DNA of 54,994 nt from Methanosarcinales archaeon (GTDB lineage: Bacteria; Omnitrophota; Gorgyraeia; Duberdicusellales; 4484-171): NCBI GenBank assembly GCA_048634245.1, contig JAIWAR010000004.1, positions 1 through 54,994 on the forward strand, read 5' to 3'. Below are positions 26,625-34,006 of this stretch, piece by piece. Both the position numbers and the translations under genes were made by a program. The notes beneath the pieces were generated by a model. That model worked only from the letters and a program-made list of their open reading frames with translations, ran no database searches and was not told the origin of the DNA. Positions within the stretch are counted from its first letter, which is position 1. Each line of letters begins with the position of its first letter.

Positions 26625-29600
26625 TCAAGAATTATCCCTCTTTTCCTTTTCCTTTTCTTTTTCTTCAATTATCTTTCTGATAATCTCCTTAGGAACCTGG
26701 GTATATTTTTTAAAATGCATGGAAGAATTAGCCCGGCCGCTGCTTAAAGAACGCATATTAGTAGCATACCCAAACATCTCCGACAACGGAGCCTCAGCCG
26801 TGATTATCTTTTGGTTTCCTTTAGTCTCCATACCTAAAATCTTCCCCCGTTTAGAACAAACATAACCGACAAGATTACTAGCATACTCCTCAGGAGTAAC
26901 TATCTCTAACTCCATGCAAGGTTCAAGCAATACCGGTTCAGACTTCATAAAAGCGGCTTTAAAGCAGCTTCGGGCAGCTATCTTAAAGGCCAATTCTGAT
27001 GAATCTACATCATGATAGGAGCCGTCAACCAATTTTACCTTTACATCCACTACCGGATAGCCAGCATAAACCCCCTGCTGCATAGCCGCAATAATCCCCT
27101 TTTCAACAGCCGGAATATAATTCCTGGGAATAACACCACCGGTAATAGCATCTTCGAATTCAAATCCTTTACCTGCCTCATTGGGTGAAAGTTCAATTAC
27201 TACATGGCCATATTGGCCCCGGCCGCCGGTTTGCTTTATATGTTTATATTCTTCGGTTATACTGCCGAGAATAGCTTCTTTATAGGCAACCTTGGGCTGA
27301 CCTACCGTAGCCTTGACTTTAAACTCTTCTTTTAATCTGTCAACGATTATTTCTAAGTGCAGTTCACCCATACCTGAAAGGATAGTCTCTGAAGTCTCCT
27401 CGTCAATATGAGCTTTAAAAGTAGGGTCCTCCTCGGATAGTTTAGCCAGACCTTTACTTAGCTTATCCTGTTCGCTCCTACTCTCAGGCACAATACTGAT
27501 TGAAATTACCGGCTCAGAAAACTCGATTGATTCTAAAATAATCGGGTTGTCTAAAGCAGTAAGGGTATCACCGGTTAAAGTACTGCTTAAGCCTACTACA
27601 GCGGCAATATCGCCGGTAAAGACAACATCTAAATTCTGACGTTGATTAGCGTGCATTTGAACAATTCTTCCCACCCTTTCTTTCTTTTTCTTAGTCGCAT
27701 TAAACACATAGGTTCCGGCTTTTAAACACCCGGAATAAATCCGAATATAGACTAATTTACCGATATGCTGGTCAGCCTGAACCTTAAAAGCTAAAGCTGA
27801 AAAAGGTTCTTGGTCTGAAGGCTTACGTTCAAGGATCTTCTCGGAATCATCAGGATCATGGCCTTGAATAGATGGAATATCTATGGGTGAGGGTAAATAA
27901 AGGGTTATAGCATCAAGAAGGCTCTGCACACCCTTATTTTTAAAAGCTGAACCGCAGAGCGCCGGAATAACCTTATGAGCCATTGTTCCCCGACGAATAG
28001 CTTTTTTCAATTCATCTTCAGTAATTGATTTCTCGTCCTTTAAATACTTCTCAGTAAGAATACTATCGCAAGCAGCAGCTTTTTCCACCATGATATGGTG
28101 ATATTTTTTAGCCGCTTCCTTGTATTCATCAGGAATCTCTTCAACATGAAAATCCTTGCCCAAGGATTCATCATCATAGGTATAAGCCTTCATCTCTATA
28201 AGATCAATGATTCCCCGAAAATTATCCTCAGCTCCAATAGGAATCTGTAAAGGAATTATATTAGCCCCTAAATTATCTCCTATGCTCTTAAGGACCACAA
28301 AGAAATCAGCACCGACCCGGTCCATCTTATTTACAAAGGCAATTTTAGGGACCTGGTATTTATCAGACTGACGCCAAACAGTCTCTGATTGAGGCTCAAC
28401 TCCTCCAACCGCACAAAAAACCGCTATTGCTCCGTCTAAAACCCTTAAACTTCTTTCCACCTCAACGGTAAAGTCAACGTGTCCCGGAGTATCAATAACA
28501 TTAATCCTGCAATCCCCCCAGTAACAGGTAGTTGCAGCTGAGGTGATGGTAATTCCTCTCTCCTGCTCCTGCTTCATCCAATCCATTATCGCAGCCCCAT
28601 CATGGACTTCACCTATTTTGTGAGAATGCCCGGTATAAAAGAGAATCCTTTCGGTCAAGGTGGTTTTACCGGCATCGATATGGGCCATAATCCCGATATT
28701 TCTGACTTTTTCTAAAGCATTTTTCCGGATTGGTAAAGGCTCTTCTCTAGGCTGCTTTTCTTCAGTTTCTCCCTTCTTTTCTTCTACCTCTTTTTTATTT
28801 TCTTCTGCTTCTCCTTTCTTTTTTTCAACTTCTTCCTTACTTTCTTCTACTTCTTCCTTGCTTTCTTCAGCTTCTTTTTTGCTTTCTTCAACCTCTTCTT
28901 TGTCTTCTTCTGTTTCTTTATCTTCCACGCTTTCCTGTTTAAGCTTAGCTTCAACGGAGGTAGTTTCCTTTGGTTTTTCTTCTTGTTCAATCGGGGCTTC
29001 AACAGGAGTCTCGCCGCCTTTTTCCTTAAGCTGATAGGCTAAACGCATTCTCTCCTTATCTACGCTCTCGATTTCCTTATCCTTTAGGCTCAGTTCTTTT
29101 TCTCTGGTTTCTAACTGCTGTTTTAGCTCTTGGTGCCTTTGGGCTAAAACATTATGTTCTTCTTTAGAAATCCACTCACTTTCTTTTTCCTTTTGTTTCA
29201 GCTTTAACACCTCACTCTTGTATGCATTTATTTCACTTTGTAATTTAATTATTCTTTCCGCATCATCTTTAATCTTTTTCTCCTGAGCTGCTTTCGCGCG
29301 CATCAATTCTTTAATATTTCTCTCCAAAGATTTTACCTCGCTTTGAAATTCGGAAATTTCTCTTTTTAAATTAACATTTTTAGTAAACTCTTTTTCTAAT
29401 TGCTTTTCCTTATCCAAAAGTTTATTTTTAAACTCCTGCTCCGGCCCCTTTTCTTTCTTCAAAAGCTTCTGCTGATAAATGAGCCACTTTTTACTCTGTT
29501 TGTACTTCTCTTTTAATTCAACCTCTTTTTTCTTTGAGATCTCCAACTCTTTTTGCAGAGCAATACTGTGACTTTTAATCTTTTCTAAAGCGGCAATAGT

Positions 29601-29780
29601 AGTTTTAAGCTCAAAAACTTTTGACCTTAAAGATTGGACTTTTTCGCCTAAAGCAACGGTTTTTTTATCGGCAAGAAGAGATTTATCCTTTTTTTTAGCA
29701 CCTTTACTGTCATCAAAAATGACAGTAAAGACAACAAGGCCTATAGCTGTAGTAAGCAGTAACCAGACAAATACAATCAT
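26625..29780 (-). CDS. elongation factor G homologue with N-terminal TM anchor, long coiled coil and acidic E/K repeat region (1051 aa)
   Basis: Residues ~352-1051 are a complete EF-G ([21 protein letters not shown], domain IV tip SYHDVDSS). Residues 1-22 are hydrophobic. Residues 23-350 are K/E-rich heptad-like sequence. One uninterrupted frame. Confidence 0.85.
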   Translation of the reverse strand: MIVFVWLLLTTAIGLVVFTVIFDDSKGAKKKDKSLLADKKTVALGEKVQSLRSKVFELKTTIAALEKIKSHSIALQKELEISKKKEVELKEKYKQSKKWLIYQQKLLKKEKGPEQEFKNKLLDKEKQLEKEFTKNVNLKREISEFQSEVKSLERNIKELMRAKAAQEKKIKDDAERIIKLQSEINAYKSEVLKLKQKEKESEWISKEEHNVLAQRHQELKQQLETREKELSLKDKEIESVDKERMRLAYQLKEKGGETPVEAPIEQEEKPKETTSVEAKLKQESVEDKETEEDKEEVEESKKEAEESKEEVEESKEEVEKKKGEAEENKKEVEEKKGETEEKQPREEPLPIRKNALEKVRNIGIMAHIDAGKTTLTERILFYTGHSHKIGEVHDGAAIMDWMKQEQERGITITSAATTCYWGDCRINVIDTPGHVDFTVEVERSLRVLDGAIAVFCAVGGVEPQSETVWRQSDKYQVPKIAFVNKMDRVGADFFVVLKSIGDNLGANIIPLQIPIGAEDNFRGIIDLIEMKAYTYDDESLGKDFHVEEIPDEYKEAAKKYHHIMVEKAAACDSILTEKYLKDEKSITEDELKKAIRRGTMAHKVIPALCGSAFKNKGVQSLLDAITLYLPSPIDIPSIQGHDPDDSEKILERKPSDQEPFSALAFKVQADQHIGKLVYIRIYSGCLKAGTYVFNATKKKKERVGRIVQMHANQRQNLDVVFTGDIAAVVGLSSTLTGDTLTALDNPIILESIEFSEPVISISIVPESRSEQDKLSKGLAKLSEEDPTFKAHIDEETSETILSGMGELHLEIIVDRLKEEFKVKATVGQPKVAYKEAILGSITEEYKHIKQTGGRGQYGHVVIELSPNEAGKGFEFEDAITGGVIPRNYIPAVEKGIIAAMQQGVYAGYPVVDVKVKLVDGSYHDVDSSELAFKIAARSCFKAAFMKSEPVLLEPCMELEIVTPEEYASNLVGYVCSKRGKILGMETKGNQKIITAEAPLSEMFGYATNMRSLSSGRANSSMHFKKYTQVPKEIIRKIIEEKEKEKEKRDNS
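28850..28912 (-). repeat. three tandem 21-nt (7-codon) units inside the EF-G N-terminal extension, encoding EESK(E/K)E(V/A) repeats
   Basis: Plus-strand units ctttcttctacttcttccttg / ctttcttcagcttcttttttg / ctttcttcaacctcttctttg, flanked by degenerate copies. Confidence 0.8.
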
Positions 29781-29801
29781 TTATTCCTTATTTAGCAAAA
29801 G

Positions 29802-30260
29802 CTACCTTGACTCTTTAGCCTTAGCAATAGAGCGGATGATATCCTTTTTCGTGATTACTCCTACCAATTTTTCTCCCTCTACCACAGGACAATAGTAGCT
29901 GGATTTTTCAATCATCGCGGTCGCGGCATCTTCAATACTCATTTCAGGCGTTAGGCTGATAAAATCTTTTTCTAAGATATCGCCAGCCTTAGTAGCTGTC
30001 ACTTTTTTTATCTCTTCTTCAAACCGCTTCACCCCTAAGGTAAGAAACCCCAGAGAAATATGTAAAAACGTTGGTAGATGCACTTTTTTATCCTGGAAAA
30101 TTACTCCCTCCTCTCCAACAACACCTAATAATTTACCGCCCTCATCTACTACCGGGGCGCCACTGATATTCTTTTCCAGAAATAACTCTGCTAAGGCACC
30201 TACGCTGGTCGCCGGAGTAACCGTAATCGGATCTTTAGTCATTATATCTTTTACCTGCAT
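29802..30260 (-). CDS. CBS domain pair protein
   Basis: Two CBS motifs (MTKDPITV...GAPVVD; ...MIEKSSYYCPVVEGEKLVGVITKKDI) separated by an insertion. Confidence 0.85.
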   Translation of the reverse strand: MQVKDIMTKDPITVTPATSVGALAELFLEKNISGAPVVDEGGKLLGVVGEEGVIFQDKKVHLPTFLHISLGFLTLGVKRFEEEIKKVTATKAGDILEKDFISLTPEMSIEDAATAMIEKSSYYCPVVEGEKLVGVITKKDIIRSIAKAKESR

Positions 30261-30266
30261 TTGAAC

Positions 30267-30376
30267 CTCCTCAATGAGACTTATCCGCCTTAAGCGGATG
30301 TAGTCGAATTGATCCCGAAGTCGCGTTGGGTAAATGTCGAAGAGATTTACCCAACATCCCCTGCGACGAGGGATAC
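30267..30376 (-). repeat. structured leader element, copy A (5' UTR of the CBS / EF-G-like operon)
   Basis: The 70-nt core 30304-30373 is 68/70 identical to 31539-31608. It contains a perfect 10-bp hairpin ttgggtaaat-N9-atttacccaa. Confidence 0.8.
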
Positions 30377-30394
30377 AGTTTATTAATATAGAAA

Positions 30395-30423
30395 ATTATA
30401 TCACAAATTTACATCTTTGCTAA
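30395..30423 (-). promoter_or_regulatory. promoter of the CBS / EF-G-like operon
   Basis: Minus-sense TTAGCA-N17-TATAAT with extended -10 TG. Its -35 overlaps the -35 of the divergent yqeY promoter. Confidence 0.5.
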
Positions 30424-30444
30424 GTGTAAAAATTATGGTATAAT
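30417..30444 (+). promoter_or_regulatory. promoter of yqeY (predicts a leaderless or near-leaderless mRNA)
   Basis: TTGCTA-N16-TATAAT with extended -10 TG. The ATG lies 9 nt after the -10 hexamer. Confidence 0.55.
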
Positions 30445-30453
30445 TTTTTCATT

Positions 30454-30903
30454 ATGTTAGAAGATAAAATTTATCAAGATTATATTCAGGCCCTTAAGGC
30501 AAAAGATAAGCAAAAAAGAAGCTACTTAAGCCTTATACGGGCTGATTTAAAAAATCAAGCCATTAATTTGAAAAAAGAAAAACTAGATGATAGCGATACC
30601 CTGGCTGTATTAAAAAAAGCTCAAAAACGCCTTCAAGACGCTAAAGAAAGCATTATCCAATCTCAACGCACCGACCTCCTCCAAGACTTAGAAAATGAGC
30701 TAAAGATTTTAAGCGAATACCTGCCCGAACCTTTAACGGATGCTGAATTATCGAAAATTGTTAATCAGGTAATCGGTGAACTCAAAGCTTGCTCAATGAA
30801 AAATATGGGACAAGTGATGAAAGAAGTCTTATCCCAGGTAGGAGTCCGGGCTGATTCCAAAAAAGTAAGCAGCATGGTTAAAGAAAGGCTCTCTCCGCAA
30901 TAA
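30454..30903 (+). CDS. yqeY: GatB/YqeY domain protein
   Basis: The N-terminus MLEDKIYQDYIQALKAKD and the C-terminal MGQVMKEV.. pattern match the YqeY family. No Shine-Dalgarno sequence. The ATG lies 9 nt after a TATAAT. Confidence 0.85.
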   Translation: MLEDKIYQDYIQALKAKDKQKRSYLSLIRADLKNQAINLKKEKLDDSDTLAVLKKAQKRLQDAKESIIQSQRTDLLQDLENELKILSEYLPEPLTDAELSKIVNQVIGELKACSMKNMGQVMKEVLSQVGVRADSKKVSSMVKERLSPQ

Positions 30904-30932
30904 AATCACCTTCAATTTACTTAATTTAATTT

Positions 30933-31226
30933 TTAAGTGCTAAGCCCCTTGAAGAGCTCTTCCAAAAATTCAGCGACTGGATGAGTACCTTTTTCTTTTG
31001 CTTTAGCTATAAGGCAGGGTAATTTTAGGGGCTTTTCTATTGTTTTGCGTATTTTATCTAAGTTAAAATCAACCTCTCCCTCGAAATATTTAACCAAATC
31101 CTCGATAAACCGGTCGCTGTTGTAATTTTTTTTGTAATCTCCCAAGTGTTTTAGTTTAAGCCTCTTGGCTTGGCGCTGAAGGCCGATTTCCTTGTTATCA
31201 CAAGAAGCTTTTTTATCTTCTTCCAT
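30933..31226 (-). CDS. hypothetical protein (97 aa)
   Basis: Follows the PC4-like gene with a 30-nt gap. No family recognised. Confidence 0.45.
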   Translation of the reverse strand: MEEDKKASCDNKEIGLQRQAKRLKLKHLGDYKKNYNSDRFIEDLVKYFEGEVDFNLDKIRKTIEKPLKLPCLIAKAKEKGTHPVAEFLEELFKGLST

Positions 31227-31256
31227 GCTATCTAATCCTGCTTAAAAAATAACCTC

Positions 31257-31490
31257 TTACATCTGAGCTATAGCCTCCTGAATCAAAGGCAAAACTCCTT
31301 CAGCCTCTGCTTTATTTAAACGGCCTAATTTAGTAAATCTAAACTCGCCCTCAGCAGATTCATTCTCCCGGGAAATTTGCAACTTCTTAGCTCCCTTGTT
31401 ATAAGAATAGACGCTCACCGTAATTTTAGTGCCTTCACCACCCCAAGTCCTGGAAAACAATTGCTCATCTAAACCGCTTTCGTATGGCAT
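31257..31490 (-). CDS. PC4/YdbC-like single-stranded DNA-binding protein
   Basis: The pattern WGGEG.KITVSVYSYNKG.KKLQISRE....GEFRFTKLGRL..AEAEGV resembles bacterial PC4 (p15) homologues. I prefer the ATG at 31490, 5 nt after GGAGG, over the GTG at 31496. Confidence 0.55.
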   Translation of the reverse strand: MPYESGLDEQLFSRTWGGEGTKITVSVYSYNKGAKKLQISRENESAEGEFRFTKLGRLNKAEAEGVLPLIQEAIAQM

Positions 31491-31496
31491 ATACAC

Positions 31497-31610
31497 CTCC
31501 TTTCAATGAGACTTAGTCCGCCGGAGGCGGACTGTAGCTCGAATTGATCCCGAAGCCGCGTTGGGTAAATGTCGAAGAGATTTACCCAACATCCCCTGCG
31601 GCGAGGGACA
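31497..31610 (-). repeat. structured leader element, copy B (5' UTR of the PC4-like gene)
   Basis: Same orientation and same position relative to the RBS as copy A. Confidence 0.8.
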
Positions 31611-31648
31611 CTTATTAAATATTTTAACAAAACCCATAACTTTATTCT

Positions 31649-31676
31649 ATTTTACTCAAACATCTTTCTGTGTCAA
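31649..31676 (-). promoter_or_regulatory. promoter of the PC4-like operon
   Basis: Minus-sense TTGACA-N16-TAAAAT. Confidence 0.55.
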
Positions 31677-31692
31677 GGCCATCTAAGGATTA

Positions 31693-32409
31693 TCAGAGGC
31701 TAAGATGAGTAAGATGTTTTTCTACGAACCGGATAATTTTTTTCTGTTTTTGGGCGGTTATATTATGGAATTCCAGGCCCATTCCCGGATAATAATCCGG
31801 CTGAATTTCTTTATCAACCAACCAGACTACCTTAACATCAGCTTCTACAATCTCAGAGTGATGCCGAAGGTCCAACCGAGTAACCAGTAAATCCCCTATC
31901 GAGAATACTTGCTCACTAATTATAAATACTCCTTCAGCGCTCAAATTTACAATTTTTCCCTTAAAAAAAGGTTTATCCGTAAGAAACTTCTGACGATATT
32001 CAATAGTAGCTTTAAAAGGTATTCTTTTAAATCTCCTCCTTAGGGGCTTGCGGGCAATTCGCTCAATTATCTGTTCCTGCCTAATCTCATCTATTGCCTG
32101 TTCCTCGCTGAGATGAAACTTAAAAATTCTATCTAAGCCGACAATTGAAAATAATCTCCTTACGTGCGAAGGAACATTACATAATTCAATTCTTCCCTTA
32201 TGATTTAGAACATTTTTGTATACAACTGTGACCAAAGAAACTCCCACATAGTCAACTAAATTTACACCGGCAAAGTTGCAAACAATATCCTTGACCTGAC
32301 GATTAAGCACCCGCCCTATAGTTTCGACGAAATCCGAGGCATCAATGCCAATATTGCCTTCCAGCTCTAAAATAACTACTCCATCCTTTTCTTTAATTTT
32401 AATCTTCAT
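31693..32409 (-). CDS. STAS (anti-sigma-factor antagonist) domain fused to a PilZ c-di-GMP-binding domain
   Basis: N-terminal STAS pattern (VVILELEGNI...VDYVGVSLV...VGLDRIF). PilZ motifs RRRFKR (RxxxR) and NLSAEG (D/NxSxxG). Confidence 0.8.
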   Translation of the reverse strand: MKIKIKEKDGVVILELEGNIGIDASDFVETIGRVLNRQVKDIVCNFAGVNLVDYVGVSLVTVVYKNVLNHKGRIELCNVPSHVRRLFSIVGLDRIFKFHLSEEQAIDEIRQEQIIERIARKPLRRRFKRIPFKATIEYRQKFLTDKPFFKGKIVNLSAEGVFIISEQVFSIGDLLVTRLDLRHHSEIVEADVKVVWLVDKEIQPDYYPGMGLEFHNITAQKQKKIIRFVEKHLTHLSL

Positions 32410-33137
32410 ACCAATAAACTAACTACAGCCATTACCGCAGAATAATAAGCGAAGTTTTTAAACTTCCCGCTTATTAAAATTCTTTTAAGTATTTTCAAAG
32501 CTAACAGGCCAAAGACAAAAGCGGCGATAAAACCCAATCCCATGCTTTGTAAAGAAAGATTAACCTTTCCGAGTTCTTTAAGCTCCACTATAAAAGCACT
32601 TAAGATGATGGGGATTGCCATCAGAAAAGATAGGGTGAAAGCCTCGGTATTCTTAAAGCCCCTTCTTGATAATCCCACGATAGTAATGCCGGAACGGGAT
32701 ATACCGGGGAAAGGAGAAATCCCTTGAAGAAGGCCTAAGAAAAAAGAGTCTTTAAGCTTTATGCTTGAAATATCTCTTCCCATGGAGTTAGGCCTGATAC
32801 TAAGCAATATCCCGGCATTAATTAAAAAACAAAAGGCTAACAGAAACTTATTTCCCAAAAGCCCATTCAAATAAACCTTAATCCCTAACCCCATGATACC
32901 GCTTATCAAGGTAATTAGAAGAATATTAAACAAAAGTTTTGGTTTGAATAATATCTTGATCTTCTTAAAGAAAAAAACAATTATTGCCAGAAGTGTTGCG
33001 AAATGCAGAAAAACAAAAAAAGGAAGGCAAGCTCCCTTTATTGCTGATAATCTTTGTAAAAGGTACAGGTGTCCGGAACTACTTATCGGCAGGAATTCGG
33101 TTAATCCTTGGATAATGCCAAAAAATATACTTTTCAC
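32406..33137 (-). CDS. uppP: undecaprenyl-diphosphate phosphatase
   Basis: GLTEFLPISSSGHL and PGISRSG motifs. 4-nt overlap with the downstream STAS-PilZ gene. Confidence 0.88.
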   Translation of the reverse strand: MKSIFFGIIQGLTEFLPISSSGHLYLLQRLSAIKGACLPFFVFLHFATLLAIIVFFFKKIKILFKPKLLFNILLITLISGIMGLGIKVYLNGLLGNKFLLAFCFLINAGILLSIRPNSMGRDISSIKLKDSFFLGLLQGISPFPGISRSGITIVGLSRRGFKNTEAFTLSFLMAIPIILSAFIVELKELGKVNLSLQSMGLGFIAAFVFGLLALKILKRILISGKFKNFAYYSAVMAVVSLLV

Positions 33138-33141
33138 CAGA

Positions 33142-33879
33142 TCAGCCTTTTACCAAAAGATAGGCAAGAAATCCTAAAACACCTAATCCAACGATTAAGC
33201 AAAGATACCCCAGAAAACCACCCTTTCCTTCCTGTTCCCTAATAATCGGCTTCTTATTTAGCTGACTGGCAGCAACAGTAAACTCTTCCTGAACTTCTTC
33301 GGATTCCTTCCTTAAAAAAAGCTTCGAAGCTTCTTGTTTCTCTTCCGGAACAGGCTCAAGCAGCGGCTCTTCTTTTTCTTCAGCTTCTTCTCTTAAAGAC
33401 GGTTCTGCCTCTTTAACCGGCTCTTCTTTTTGTGCTTCTGTATTACTTTCTGCGAGAGGCTCCTGATCAAGCGAAGAAGACTCTGTTAATATTTCAAAAG
33501 AAGGATCTTTATCTTCCGGCTCCTCTCCCGCCTCTTGTTTAACCGGCTTATCAACCTCTAGAATTTCATCGATTTTATCCAGAGAAGATTTGACATCTTC
33601 CCCGGGAAAATACTCCATATCTTTATTCTGATCTGAAGAAACCGCAGATGCTTCTTTCTTTTCTTCCACCTTCTCTTCCGGTTTCTCCTCAGAAAGAGGT
33701 TCTTCCGCTTTTTCAGGTGCTTGCGGAGAAGTTCCTTCGACTTTATCCATTAACTCGCCTAAAACAGTGCGACAATCGTGACAAATACAAAGATGCTCCT
33801 CTACCAGTTGTATTTCCTCTTCACTAACGGTATGCTGAAAGTACTTAGGAATTAGTTTTTTAATCTCTTCGCATTCCAT
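33142..33879 (-). CDS. zf-HC2 type anti-sigma factor-like protein with acidic linker and C-terminal TM anchor
   Basis: The N-terminal segment HLCICHDCRTVL carries the H-x3-C-x2-C of the zf-HC2 motif. Then a long E/P/K-rich region and a terminal hydrophobic helix. Confidence 0.65.
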   Translation of the reverse strand: MECEEIKKLIPKYFQHTVSEEEIQLVEEHLCICHDCRTVLGELMDKVEGTSPQAPEKAEEPLSEEKPEEKVEEKKEASAVSSDQNKDMEYFPGEDVKSSLDKIDEILEVDKPVKQEAGEEPEDKDPSFEILTESSSLDQEPLAESNTEAQKEEPVKEAEPSLREEAEEKEEPLLEPVPEEKQEASKLFLRKESEEVQEEFTVAASQLNKKPIIREQEGKGGFLGYLCLIVGLGVLGFLAYLLVKG

Positions 33880-34006
33880 AACAAATCCTCTTGCAATATT
33901 TTATCAAAGACCAGAGAACATTACAAGAAAATATTTAATATTTAATGGAAATGAAATACCTTCATGCTTTCATCGCCCCCCTCTGAAAAATTAACTTTAC
34001 CATTTA

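Noticed and set aside
28660-29034. 124-aa Ser/Phe-rich ORF on the plus strand, and the possibility that the periodic repeats here are a CRISPR array
   Set aside because: The ORF mirrors the Glu/Lys repeat of the EF-G extension. The repeats are 21-nt in-frame coding heptads without unique spacers, so this is not a CRISPR array.
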